A stretch of 64,000 bases of DNA from Escherichia coli (GTDB lineage Bacteria > Pseudomonadota > Gammaproteobacteria > Enterobacterales > Enterobacteriaceae), in assembly GCF_050920415.1 (NCBI RefSeq), contig NZ_CP169309.1, one strand, 5' to 3'. The number at the start of each line of letters is the position of its first letter. Within the stretch, counting starts at the first letter, position 1. Shown here one piece after another: positions 26,049 through 38,659 of the stretch. Position numbers and translations under genes: made by a program. The notes beneath the pieces are model-generated. The model was given only the letters and a program-made list of their open reading frames with translations, ran no database searches and had not been told where the DNA came from.

Positions 26049-26690
26049 ATGAAAAACTGGAAAACAAGTGCAGAATCAATCCTCACCACCGGCCCGGTTG
26101 TACCGGTTATCGTGGTAAAAAAACTGGAACACGCGGTGCCGATGGCAAAAGCGTTGGTTTCTGGTGGGGTGCGCGTTCTGGAAGTGACTCTGCGTACCGA
26201 GTGTGCAGTTGACGCTATCCGTGCTATCGCCAAAGAAGTGCCTGAAGCGATTGTGGGTGCCGGTACGGTGCTGAATCCACAGCAGCTTGCAGAAGTCACC
26301 GAAGCGGGTGCACAGTTCGCAATTAGCCCGGGTCTTACCGAGCCGCTGCTGAAAGCTGCTACCGAAGGGACTATTCCTCTGATTCCGGGGATCAGCACTG
26401 TTTCCGAACTGATGCTGGGTATGGACTACGGTTTGAAAGAGTTCAAATTCTTCCCGGCTGAAGCTAACGGCGGCGTGAAAGCCCTGCAGGCGATCGCGGG
26501 TCCGTTCTCCCAGGTCCGTTTCTGCCCGACAGGTGGTATTTCTCCGGCTAACTACCGTGACTACCTGGCGCTGAAAAGCGTGCTCTGCATCGGTGGTTCC
26601 TGGCTGGTTCCGGCAGATGCGCTGGAAGCGGGCGATTACGACCGCATTACTAAGCTGGCGCGTGAAGCTGTAGAAGGCGCTAAGCTATAA
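26049..26690 (+). CDS. eda: KDPG / KHG aldolase
   Basis: 213 aa recognised as Eda. Confidence 0.97.
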   Translation: MKNWKTSAESILTTGPVVPVIVVKKLEHAVPMAKALVSGGVRVLEVTLRTECAVDAIRAIAKEVPEAIVGAGTVLNPQQLAEVTEAGAQFAISPGLTEPLLKAATEGTIPLIPGISTVSELMLGMDYGLKEFKFFPAEANGGVKALQAIAGPFSQVRFCPTGGISPANYRDYLALKSVLCIGGSWLVPADALEAGDYDRITKLAREAVEGAKL

Positions 26691-26698
26691 AAGTCAAA

Positions 26699-26726
26699 AT
26701 GCCCGATCGTGAATCGGGCATTTTTG
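26699..26726. terminator. Bidirectional rho-independent terminator between the convergent eda and purT
   Basis: Hairpin atgcccgat-cgtga-atcgggcat flanked by an A-run and a T-run. Confidence 0.65.
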
Positions 26727-26744
26727 TAGCGTTTTTCGCCGGGG

Positions 26745-27923
26745 TTAAGCTTGTACTTTTACCTGTGCTGCGGCGTGCTTTGCGCGCTCAATCGCTTCAT
26801 CAACACTCTCAGCGGTCGCCAGCGCTACACCCAGACGACGGCTGCCATCAATTTCCGGCTTACCAAATAAACGAATCTGCAAACCTGCCCCTACGGCATT
26901 CTGCACATTATCAAACGTGACATTCTGACTGGTCAGTTGTGGCAGGATAACGGCAGAAGCTGCAGGGCCATACTGGCGGATCCCGCCAACCGGAAGTCCG
27001 AGGAAAGCACGCACATGCAGGGCAAATTCCGAGAGATCCTGAGAAATTAACGTCACCATCCCGGTGTCATGCGGGCGAGGGGAGACCTCACTGAAAATCA
27101 CCTCATCACCACAGACAAACAGCTCGACACCAAACAGACCATAACCGCCCAGTGCCAGTACTACTTTGCGGGCAATCTCCTGCGCACGTTTCAGAGCCAG
27201 CTGACTCATTTGCTGCGGTTGCCAGGATTCACGATAGTCGCCATCTTCCTGGCGATGACCTACCGGTGCACAGAAATGGACGCCATCCACTGCGCTGACG
27301 GTTAGCAGGGTAATTTCGAAGTCAAACTTAACGACGCCTTCAACAATCACGCGGCCCGCTCCGGCGCGTCCACCTTGCTGAGCGTATTCCCACGCATGTG
27401 TAAGCTGCTCGGCGGAACGAATAAACGTCTGCCCTTTGCCGGAAGAGCTCATTACCGGTTTAACTATGCAGGGATAGCCAATAGCGGCAACTGCTTCGCG
27501 GAAAAGACTTTCACTATCGGCAAAACGATAAGTTGAAGTGGGTAGCTGCAGTTCTTCTGCCGCCAGGCGACGGATACCCTCGCGATTCATCGTTAATTTC
27601 GTTGCGCGAGCGCAGGGGACAACATTCCGTCCTTCCTTTTCAAGCTGGATCAGCATATCGGTGGCAATAGCTTCGATCTCCGGCACGATATAATGTGGTT
27701 TTTCCAGTTCAACCACACGGCGTAATGCATCACCATCAAGCATATTAATGACATGGGAGCGATGCGCGACATGCATGGCTGGTGCGTCGGCATAGCGATC
27801 GACGGCAATCACCTCGACACCGAGACGCTGACACTCGATGGCCACTTCTTTACCCAGTTCACCGGAGCCTAATAACATCACGCGAGTTGCTGCCGGACGC
27901 AGCGCAGTGCCTAATAACGTCAT
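26745..27923 (-). CDS. purT: Formate-dependent GAR transformylase PurT
   Basis: 392 aa ATP-grasp protein recognised as PurT. Confidence 0.95.
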   Translation of the reverse strand: MTLLGTALRPAATRVMLLGSGELGKEVAIECQRLGVEVIAVDRYADAPAMHVAHRSHVINMLDGDALRRVVELEKPHYIVPEIEAIATDMLIQLEKEGRNVVPCARATKLTMNREGIRRLAAEELQLPTSTYRFADSESLFREAVAAIGYPCIVKPVMSSSGKGQTFIRSAEQLTHAWEYAQQGGRAGAGRVIVEGVVKFDFEITLLTVSAVDGVHFCAPVGHRQEDGDYRESWQPQQMSQLALKRAQEIARKVVLALGGYGLFGVELFVCGDEVIFSEVSPRPHDTGMVTLISQDLSEFALHVRAFLGLPVGGIRQYGPAASAVILPQLTSQNVTFDNVQNAVGAGLQIRLFGKPEIDGSRRLGVALATAESVDEAIERAKHAAAQVKVQA

Positions 27924-27960
27924 AACGAATATCCCCTGATTAATTCCGCGCGCAGTATAA

Positions 27961-27978
27961 ACGAAAACGTTTGCGCGT
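27961..27978. promoter_or_regulatory. Putative PurR box upstream of purT
   Basis: acgaaaacgtttgcgcgt is close to the palindromic PUR box ACGCAAACGTTTGCGT, 38 bp upstream of the purT start. Confidence 0.55.
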
Positions 27979-28020
27979 GTCTTTATTGTTGATGTTGATT
28001 TCCCAATCGAGAAGAAATAT

Positions 28021-28040
28021 ACTGTATAAAATCACAGTTA
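28021..28040 (+). promoter_or_regulatory. LexA (SOS) box upstream of yebG
   Basis: actgtataaaatcacagtta fits CTGT-N8-ACAG. Confidence 0.7.
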
Positions 28041-28056
28041 TTATGAGAGGCTGCAA

Positions 28057-28347
28057 ATGGCGGTTGAAGTTAAATACGTAGTCATTCGTGAGGGCGAAGA
28101 GAAAATGTCGTTTACCAGCAAAAAGGAAGCCGATGCTTATGACAAAATGCTTGATACGGCGGATCTGCTTGACACCTGGCTGACAAATTCTCCAGTGCAA
28201 ATGGAAGACGAGCAACGTGAAGCCCTTTCGCTATGGCTGGCAGAACAAAAAGATGTGCTGAGCACCATTCTGAAAACCGGCAAATTACCGTCCCCACAGG
28301 TCGTCGGTGCTGAATCCGAAGAGGAAGATACCTCACACGCGGCCTAA
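28057..28347 (+). CDS. yebG: SOS-inducible protein YebG
   Basis: 96 aa ORF recognised as YebG, with a LexA box upstream. Confidence 0.9.
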   Translation: MAVEVKYVVIREGEEKMSFTSKKEADAYDKMLDTADLLDTWLTNSPVQMEDEQREALSLWLAEQKDVLSTILKTGKLPSPQVVGAESEEEDTSHAA

Positions 28348-28365
28348 AGCAACTTGCGCTCCTGA

Positions 28366-28770
<405 letters not shown>

Positions 28771-28792
28771 TGGCCTCTGATAATTCGATTGA

Positions 28793-28882
28793 CCGTCGGC
28801 GGATGCGGCGCGAGTGCCTGGTCCGCCCTACAAGGCACCTCAATCGTAGGCCTGGGAAGACGCAACAGCGTCGCATCGGGCA
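28793..28882. repeat. BIME: two REP-like palindromes after yebF
   Basis: REP-type palindromes at about 28793-28840 and 28846-28882 (gtaggcctgggaagacgcaacagcgtcgcatcgggc). Confidence 0.5.
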
Positions 28883-29096
28883 ATCAGCATCAAACAATGC
28901 CACTCAAAACGTCAAATTACGTTCACCTAAAATACCCTTATCACCTGATATACAGTGAACACCTTACCTGGCGCGAATTTCTTTGAATAACGGCCTGCCG
29001 ACCCGCTTATTTGCGCATCTTTTGTCTCGATATACATTTTCTGACATCCTCATCCGCTATGCTACAGGCACTAAAAATGGTTATTGAGGAGCAAAT

Positions 29097-29756
29097 ATGG
29101 CTAACTGGTTAAATCAACTGCAATCCCTGCTTGGGCAAAGCAGTTCTTCTACCTCCTCGTCTGCGGATCAGGGATTGGGCAAACTTTTAGTGCCTGGCGC
29201 ATTAGGCGGACTGGCTGGGCTGCTGGTCGCAAATAAATCAGCACGTAAACTTCTTACGAAATATGGCACCAACGCGTTGCTGCTTGGCGGCGGAGCGGTA
29301 GCGGGTACGGTGCTGTGGAATAAATACAAAGATAAAATTCGCGCGGCGCATCAGGACGAACCGCAGTTTGGCGCGCAAAGTACGCCGCTGGATGAGCGTA
29401 CGGCACGTTTGATCCTTGCGCTGGTCTTTGCCGCTAAAAGTGATGGTCATATTGATGCCAAAGAACGTGCGGCAATCGACCAGCAATTGCGTGAAGCCGG
29501 CGTGGAAGAGCAGGGGCGTGTACTCATTGAGCAGGCAATAGAACAACCGCTGGATCCACAACGCCTGGCTACCGGGGTTCGTAATGAAGAAGAGGCGCTG
29601 GAAATCTATTTCCTGAGCTGCGCGGCTATTGATATTGACCATTTTATGGAACGCAGTTACCTGAATGCCCTGGGTGACGCGCTGAAAATCCCCCAGGATG
29701 TTCGTGAAGGTATTGAACGCGATCTCGAACAGCAAAAACGTACTTTGGCGGAATAA
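29097..29756 (+). CDS. yebE: Inner membrane protein YebE (DUF533)
   Basis: 219 aa ORF recognised as YebE. Confidence 0.9.
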   Translation: MANWLNQLQSLLGQSSSSTSSSADQGLGKLLVPGALGGLAGLLVANKSARKLLTKYGTNALLLGGGAVAGTVLWNKYKDKIRAAHQDEPQFGAQSTPLDERTARLILALVFAAKSDGHIDAKERAAIDQQLREAGVEEQGRVLIEQAIEQPLDPQRLATGVRNEEEALEIYFLSCAAIDIDHFMERSYLNALGDALKIPQDVREGIERDLEQQKRTLAE

Positions 29757-29937
29757 TTCCGCTCTCTGGATAGCCTGAAGTTGACTATTTCGGGCTATCC
29801 AGAACCGCACAGCCATTTGAGCAGGCTGATTTTCTCTGTCTGCATAACATTCGATATCCGCGCCATTACCTGTCATCATCTAAGCAATGACTCCCCTGTT
29901 TCGCTTGCATCCCCGGTGAGTTTTGCCACCCTTATAA

Positions 29938-32684
<2,747 letters not shown>

Positions 32685-32707
32685 GGCATGCTCCAGGCCG
32701 AAAAAGC

Positions 32708-33364
32708 CTAGCGTAATGGAATGATATCGCCTTGCCAACCCTGTGATGAACGCTGACCGACTAACAATAATGAACCACGATCGGCGCGAACGATGAGACG
32801 ACCATGTTCATCCCATAGTGCACTGTTACCACGGGCATTTGCCATCAGCACGGCAATTGAGTACTGATGTGAAAAAAATTGTAAGCGGCGGGTCGACGCC
32901 AGCAGGTCGGGTTCCCCCAGACATTGCCCTGTCGTAAATAGTGAACAGGTCGGATCCATATCCATACCTTGCGGTTGTTCATCGACCACCGTGATGGTTC
33001 TGGAACGACGGCCCAGACATGCACCATGACTCTGATGGTAGATCCCTGGCGTTTTTCGCCACGGTGCGAACACCGCAATTCCACGAATAAAGCGATCGTT
33101 ATATTCAACGGGAAGGCCGGCAATGATGGTCATTCGCCAGGTCGTTGCAGCATAACAAAGCGGGTCTAACAGCGAGAGATCGGGTGGGGCAGGAAGGGCA
33201 CGTCGCGAATAATCACACCCCAGTAAAGAAAGCGATGGAAAAACTAACAGCTGACATTGTTGCCTGGCGGCGGCCCTCACAAACTCCAGATGATGAGCTA
33301 CCTGTTCAGTCAGTGAGGTTGTACGAGGCTCATATTGCGCTGCTGCGACTTTCCAGAACGACAT
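32708..33364 (-). CDS. yobB: Carbon-nitrogen hydrolase family protein YobB
   Basis: 218 aa ORF recognised as YobB. Confidence 0.85.
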   Translation of the reverse strand: MSFWKVAAAQYEPRTTSLTEQVAHHLEFVRAAARQQCQLLVFPSLSLLGCDYSRRALPAPPDLSLLDPLCYAATTWRMTIIAGLPVEYNDRFIRGIAVFAPWRKTPGIYHQSHGACLGRRSRTITVVDEQPQGMDMDPTCSLFTTGQCLGEPDLLASTRRLQFFSHQYSIAVLMANARGNSALWDEHGRLIVRADRGSLLLVGQRSSQGWQGDIIPLR

Positions 33365-33465
33365 AATGACTTCCTTTTCAAAATGACTGTAAATTATGGG
33401 TGCGGTTTAGAAAATACTCATAATTTAGCAGGCGTTATGTAAGAAAGTGTAACTCTGTATAAGTT

Positions 33466-33696
33466 TTATTTAAGTTTGGGCTCGTAAGGTAAACGTGACA
33501 GATTGACCGAAGCCAAACGGTGGGCGATAAGCCGCTCGCGAAACCAGCTGCGCAAATGTTCAGGCTGTTCACGTTCAACCGCTTCAGCGATCACCGGCAT
33601 ATTGTAGCGTTCTTTAAATGCCACCCCGGCTGCCGCCAAATCGACATTCACTTTATCCATTTCTGTTTGATCCAGTTTAGCCAGATTCTTCAGCAT
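33466..33696 (-). CDS. holE: DNA polymerase III theta subunit
   Basis: 76 aa from [31 protein letters not shown]. Confidence 0.85.
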
Positions 33697-33834
33697 TCTT
33701 AATCTCCTCATCATTCGCGGGCAAAAGTTACTAAGAGTGAGCCTGGATGGCAAGCCGGAATTGATGATCCTCGACTCAGACATTAGACAAGGTTATGCTC
33801 TGTAAAAAAGTTATTACAAAAAGGAATAGATAAT

Positions 33835-34209
33835 ATGACTTCAACTGCACGCTCCTTTCGCTACGCGCTGGCAATCCTGACCACTACGTTGGTGACACCT
33901 TCCGTCTGGGCACATGCGCATTTAACGCATCAGTATCCTGCGGCAAACGCGCAAGTGACAGCTGCCCCGCAGGCAATCACTTTAAACTTCTCGGAAGGCG
34001 TTGAAACAGGATTCAGTGGTGCAAAAATCACGGGGCCAAAAAACGAAAATATTAAAACATTACCGGCGAAGCGGAATGAGCAGGACCAAAAGCAACTGAT
34101 TGTTCCACTGGCCGATTCGCTGAAACCCGGAACCTACACCGTTGACTGGCATGTTGTTTCGGTGGACGGGCATAAAACGAAAGGGCACTACACCTTTAGC
34201 GTGAAATAA
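33835..34209 (+). CDS. yobA: CopC-like periplasmic copper-binding protein YobA
   Basis: 124 aa with signal peptide; CopC family. Confidence 0.9.
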   Translation: MTSTARSFRYALAILTTTLVTPSVWAHAHLTHQYPAANAQVTAAPQAITLNFSEGVETGFSGAKITGPKNENIKTLPAKRNEQDQKQLIVPLADSLKPGTYTVDWHVVSVDGHKTKGHYTFSVK

Positions 34210-34212
34210 ATC

Positions 34213-35085
34213 ATGCTGGCGTTTACCTGGATCGCGCTGCGATTTATCCATTTCACCTCGCTGATGCTGGTTTTTGGCTTCGCAATGTACGGTGCCTGGC
34301 TGGCCCCCTTAACGATTCGTCGCTTGCTGACGAAGCGTTTTCTGCGTTTACAACAGCACGCTGCCGTCTGGAGTTTGATCAGTGCCACTGCAATGCTCGC
34401 CGTTCAGGGCGGGTTGATGGGAACGGGATGGTCAGATGTATTTTCGCCAAACATTTGGCAGGCTGTTTTGCAAACGCAGTTTGGTGGCGTCTGGTTATGG
34501 CAAATTGTTCTCGCCCTCGTAACGTTGATCGTCGCCCTTATGCAACCGCGGAATATGCCACGTTTGCTGTTTATGCTCACTACCGCGCAATTTATTCTGC
34601 TGGCGGGAGTCGGGCATGCGACGCTGAATGAAGGGGTAACGGCGAAAATCCATCAGACTAATCACGCGATTCACCTGATCTGTGCGGCGGCGTGGTTTGG
34701 AGGATTACTTCCGGTGCTCTGGTGTATGCAACTCATCAAAGGCCGTTGGCGACACCAGGCTATTCAGGCGCTGATGCGTTTTTCCTGGTGCGGGCATTTT
34801 GCGGTGATCGGCGTACTGGCAAGCGGCGTGCTTAATGCATTGTTGATTACCAGATTTCCCCCCACGCTTACGACTTACTGGGGCCAACTCTTATTGCTCA
34901 AAGCCATCCTGGTGATGATTATGGTGGTCATCGCGCTGGCTAATCGTTATGTTCTTGTACCGCGCATGAGGCAGGATGAAAATCGTGCGGCTCCCTGGTT
35001 TGTGTGGATGACTAAACTCGAATGGGCGATAGGTGCGGTAGTGCTGGTGATCATCAGCCTGCTTGCGACTCTCGAACCTTTTTGA
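34213..35085 (+). CDS. yebZ: CopD-like inner membrane protein YebZ
   Basis: 290 aa polytopic membrane protein immediately after yobA. Confidence 0.9.
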   Translation: MLAFTWIALRFIHFTSLMLVFGFAMYGAWLAPLTIRRLLTKRFLRLQQHAAVWSLISATAMLAVQGGLMGTGWSDVFSPNIWQAVLQTQFGGVWLWQIVLALVTLIVALMQPRNMPRLLFMLTTAQFILLAGVGHATLNEGVTAKIHQTNHAIHLICAAAWFGGLLPVLWCMQLIKGRWRHQAIQALMRFSWCGHFAVIGVLASGVLNALLITRFPPTLTTYWGQLLLLKAILVMIMVVIALANRYVLVPRMRQDENRAAPWFVWMTKLEWAIGAVVLVIISLLATLEPF

Positions 35086-35097
35086 TGGATTACGAAA

Positions 35098-35439
35098 ATG
35101 ATGAAAAAAAGTATTCTGGCGTTTCTGTTACTCACCAGTTCTGCAGCGGCGCTGGCGGCACCGCAGGTGATTACCGTCAGTCGTTTTGAAGTGGGTAAAG
35201 ACAAATGGGCATTTAACCGCGAAGAGGTGATGCTGACATGCCGACCGGGCCATGCGTTGTATGTTATTAATCCGAGTACCCTCGTGCAGTATCCTTTGAA
35301 CGATATCGCACAAAAGGAAGTCGCCAGCGGGAAGACCAATGCCCAGCCCATTTCGGTGATTCAGATTGATGATCCTAACAATCCAGGTGAAAAAATGAGT
35401 CTGGCACCGTTTATAGAGCGAGCTGAAAAACTCTGTTAA
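35098..35439 (+). CDS. yebY: Periplasmic protein YebY (DUF2511)
   Basis: 113 aa with signal peptide; third gene of the yobA-yebZ-yebY cluster. Confidence 0.85.
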   Translation: MMKKSILAFLLLTSSAAALAAPQVITVSRFEVGKDKWAFNREEVMLTCRPGHALYVINPSTLVQYPLNDIAQKEVASGKTNAQPISVIQIDDPNNPGEKMSLAPFIERAEKLC

Positions 35440-35467
35440 TTACCTAAAATAGCCTTTTGATTTCCAA

Positions 35468-35510
35468 TAAAAAACCGCCTCAGTTCTTTCACCAGAACAG
35501 GCGGTTTTTA
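35468..35510. terminator. Bidirectional rho-independent terminator (yebY on plus strand, RyeA on minus strand)
   Basis: Hairpin ccgcct...aggcgg flanked by an A-run and a T-run. Confidence 0.6.
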
Positions 35511-35750
35511 ACATTTAAGCTGATGACCACCACGCTTTTTATTGACCATTTTGCACGCAAACTGGAAAACCTGGCGTCGTCATCTATTCTTAAAGGGCAA
35601 GGCAACTAAGCCTGCATTAATGCCAACTTTTAGCGCACGGCTCTCTCCCAAGAGCCATTTCCCTGGACCGAATACAGGAATCGTGTTCGGTCTCTTTTTA
35701 TCTGTTAAAAGCCAGAAGCATTCCCTTCGCTGACTTTATAGTCAACCATA
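35470..35750 (-). ncRNA. ryeA: sRNA RyeA (SraC), antisense to SdsR
   Basis: Known antisense partner of SdsR in the pphA-yebY intergenic region; ends are approximate. Confidence 0.4.
35598..35700 (+). ncRNA. sdsR: sRNA SdsR (RyeB), RpoS-dependent
   Basis: Sequence gcaaggcaactaagcctgcattaatgcc ... ggaccgaatacaggaatcgtgttcggtctcttttt matches SdsR as recalled, with terminator hairpin and T-run at 35666-35699. Confidence 0.75.
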
Positions 35751-35833
35751 ACACACACTCTACTGTCTGAGTCCAGCGTTTTTTAACATTCTTGTTAAGA
35801 TTATGTGATCTTTAGCGCGGGAGGAAAATATTG

Positions 35834-36490
35834 ATGAAACAGCCTGCGCCCGTTTATCAGAGAATTGCGGGTCATCAATGGCGACATATCTGGCTTTCAG
35901 GTGATATACACGGATGTCTTGAGCAGTTGCGCCGCAAATTATGGCATTGTCGTTTTGATCCGTGGCGAGATTTACTTATCTCAGTGGGAGACGTTATCGA
36001 TCGTGGGCCGCAAAGTTTACGCTGTCTGCAGTTACTGGATCAACGTTGGGTTCGTGCGGTAAGAGGCAATCATGAACAGATGGCGATGGATGCGCTGGCA
36101 TCCCAGCAGATGTCTTTGTGGTTGATGAATGGCGGCGACTGGTTTATTGCGCTGGCAGATAATCAACAGAAACAAGCGAAAACGGCGCTGGAAAAATGTC
36201 AGTATTTGCCCTTTATTCTTGAAGTACACAGTCGCACCGGCAAACATGTTATTGCCCATGCCGATTATCCGGATGATGTTTATGAATGGCAAAAGGACGT
36301 CGATTTGCATCAGGTCTTGTGGAGCCGCTCACGATTACGTGAAGGCCAAAAAGGGCAGGGAATTACAGGTGCTGATCATTTCTGGTTTGGTCATACACCG
36401 TTGCGCCATCGCGTGGATATTGGCAACCTACATTATATTGATACCGGTGCTGTCTTTGGGGGAGAACTGACTCTTGTGCAATTGCAATAA
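35834..36490 (+). CDS. pphA: Serine/threonine protein phosphatase 1
   Basis: 218 aa metallophosphatase (GDIHGC, GDVIDRG, RGNHE). Confidence 0.9.
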   Translation: MKQPAPVYQRIAGHQWRHIWLSGDIHGCLEQLRRKLWHCRFDPWRDLLISVGDVIDRGPQSLRCLQLLDQRWVRAVRGNHEQMAMDALASQQMSLWLMNGGDWFIALADNQQKQAKTALEKCQYLPFILEVHSRTGKHVIAHADYPDDVYEWQKDVDLHQVLWSRSRLREGQKGQGITGADHFWFGHTPLRHRVDIGNLHYIDTGAVFGGELTLVQLQ

Positions 36491-36682
36491 TTAAAAATCA
36501 CCGTACTCCTGTGCAGGTCGCCAGAAACCATCTATAAAATCCTCAATCGGAAAACAACCGCCATGGCGGATCCGTTGATCGCTCATAGAATAAAGACACT
36601 GTTGTTCCGTGTTGTAGACATCCACAACAATATCTTCACAACCGCCATCCAGGTAGCAAACAAAAAGTACCAGCGCGAACAT
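36491..36682 (-). CDS. yebW: Small protein YebW
   Basis: 63 aa from MFALVLFVCYLDGG; the listed ORF extends upstream in frame. Confidence 0.7.
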   Translation of the reverse strand: MFALVLFVCYLDGGCEDIVVDVYNTEQQCLYSMSDQRIRHGGCFPIEDFIDGFWRPAQEYGDF

Positions 36683-36786
36683 TTCATCCCCGAAGTGTGG
36701 TGCCGTACCGTTAAGTTTAGGAGAGATTTTACAACGGGGGAATAACCAGGACAAATAACCCGCCATGCCGACGGGTTCTTTTTGGA

Positions 36787-37023
36787 TCAGGCAAGACGCA
36801 TAATCCAGGCATCAGATTGTTGATCGTAACGGGTACGGTAAAGGACAGAGTGTTCGCCATTTAGCAGGGCAGGGATACTGGTTTCAGCATCCCAGGCATC
36901 CAGTTGCATACATAAATCGGGGTCTGATTTACAAGGAATGGTTAACGTTCGATCACCCGGCGATTCGCCGTGTAATTCGCCGTCGTCGATTTCAAAAGCG
37001 CCTATGCGCACACTGGTTTTCAT
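36787..37023 (-). CDS. yebV: Small protein YebV
   Basis: 78 aa from MKTSVRIGAFEIDD. Confidence 0.75.
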   Translation of the reverse strand: MKTSVRIGAFEIDDGELHGESPGDRTLTIPCKSDPDLCMQLDAWDAETSIPALLNGEHSVLYRTRYDQQSDAWIMRLA

Positions 37024-37140
37024 CTTCGTGCTCTCCATTTAGCTGCCGGTTGTGGTACGACCAGTCCGATCGCACCATTTTTCAGCCTAGTTGAGGCAGC
37101 CGAATGTGCCAGTCAAAAAGTGCGCTTTTTTTGTGCGCTG

Positions 37141-38586
37141 TCAGGCGTTACCTGTAAAAAGTTTCCCGTCCCGCACCAGTTCACGCGGGTAGCTGTTTTT
37201 CAGTCGCGAACCAATCCGTTTGGCTAAACCAATCGGCTGATGCTGGAAAGTAACCAATACATCATCCGCTACTGGCGCGGCTTGCGGGTAAACATCGCGC
37301 CCGCGATACCATTCTTCCGCTTCCTGCGGTGTCAGTTCAAAAGCGTTCACATTGTCGGGGGAGGCAAGGGCAATAACCGCTTCATGCTGCCAGCGATAAC
37401 CTTTATTATGTGTTTCGGCAAGTTTAATCCCCAACCGAGAAAATCGGACTTTACCGATCAAGGCTTCAATGCCCACCGGGAACAACCACAGTTCTTTGTC
37501 GCGTTGCCAGAGTCGCAGGTTTCCATCCCAGTTTAAGCCAACACTTGCAGCCGCCTGACGAATTTGACCGGCTTCGCGATCTTTCACCGGGCTAAACGGA
37601 AAATTGCCCACTTTGTATTTTGGGGCGGGTAAGACGGGGATCGCCTGAGTTTTACGCAGACGAGCAACGAAGAAGCCTTCGCAGTCGTAAATTTGTGGGA
37701 AAACATGCAAAAAGCCTTCTTCGGTCAGCGCCTTATTTGCACCAGGGAAGAGATCGCCAAGCGGTAAAAACTCTACTGCGTCGGGGTAAGTCTCTTTCAG
37801 CCACCGGCAGACGGCTTCATTTTCTTCCTGGTTTAAGGTACAGGTCGAGTAAACCAGCGTACCGCCAAGGCGTAATGCATGAAAGGCGCTGTCGATCAGT
37901 TCCCGTTGGGTAGCTGCGATTTCCTGATTGCTTTCTGGTGACCAGTTTTTTAGCGCATCGGGATCTTTACGCACCACGCCTTCACCGGAGCAGGGAGCGT
38001 CCAGCAAAATGGCATCGAACATTTCTGGCACTGCCGCACCAAATACACGGCCATCAAAATGCGTGAGCGCAACATTACGGATGCCACAGCGGCTGATATT
38101 GGCATGTAACACTTTTACCCGACTGGCGGAAAACTCATTGGCAAGGATCGCCCCTTCGTTATTCATCCGCGCGGCAATTTGCGTCGTTTTGGAGCCGGGC
38201 GCGGCAGCGACATCCATCACCCGCTGTGGTGCATTACCGTCAGCAAACAAGGCGGCGACGGGCAACATTGAACTGGCTTCCTGAATATAAAACAGGCCAC
38301 TTAAATGCTCGGCGGTACTACCCAATGGCAAGGCATCTTCATCGTTGCGTTCAATCCAGAAACCTTCTTCACACCACGGAATTGGCGTAAGCGTCCAGCC
38401 ATAAGGGGCGGTTAATTGCAGGAAATCAGCAACGGAGATTTTCAGCGTATTAACGCGAATACTACGGCGCAACGGGCGCTGACAGGCGGCAAGAAAATCA
38501 TCAAATGAGAGCGTCGAAGGCATTGCTTCGCGCATTTGTGTCAGAAAGGCGTCCGGGAAATAAACGGTGTGTTGGGCCACGAGCAT
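37141..38586 (-). CDS. rsmF: 16S rRNA m5C1407 methyltransferase RsmF (YebU)
   Basis: About 480 aa NOL1/NOP2/Sun-family methyltransferase. Confidence 0.93.
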   Translation of the reverse strand: MLVAQHTVYFPDAFLTQMREAMPSTLSFDDFLAACQRPLRRSIRVNTLKISVADFLQLTAPYGWTLTPIPWCEEGFWIERNDEDALPLGSTAEHLSGLFYIQEASSMLPVAALFADGNAPQRVMDVAAAPGSKTTQIAARMNNEGAILANEFSASRVKVLHANISRCGIRNVALTHFDGRVFGAAVPEMFDAILLDAPCSGEGVVRKDPDALKNWSPESNQEIAATQRELIDSAFHALRLGGTLVYSTCTLNQEENEAVCRWLKETYPDAVEFLPLGDLFPGANKALTEEGFLHVFPQIYDCEGFFVARLRKTQAIPVLPAPKYKVGNFPFSPVKDREAGQIRQAAASVGLNWDGNLRLWQRDKELWLFPVGIEALIGKVRFSRLGIKLAETHNKGYRWQHEAVIALASPDNVNAFELTPQEAEEWYRGRDVYPQAAPVADDVLVTFQHQPIGLAKRIGSRLKNSYPRELVRDGKLFTGNA

Positions 38587-38659
38587 GTACCACTGGCAAA
38601 AAAACAGGCGCGCAGTTTAGCATAAACGCTCCGGCGCAGGCACGCCGGAGCAGTGGGCA

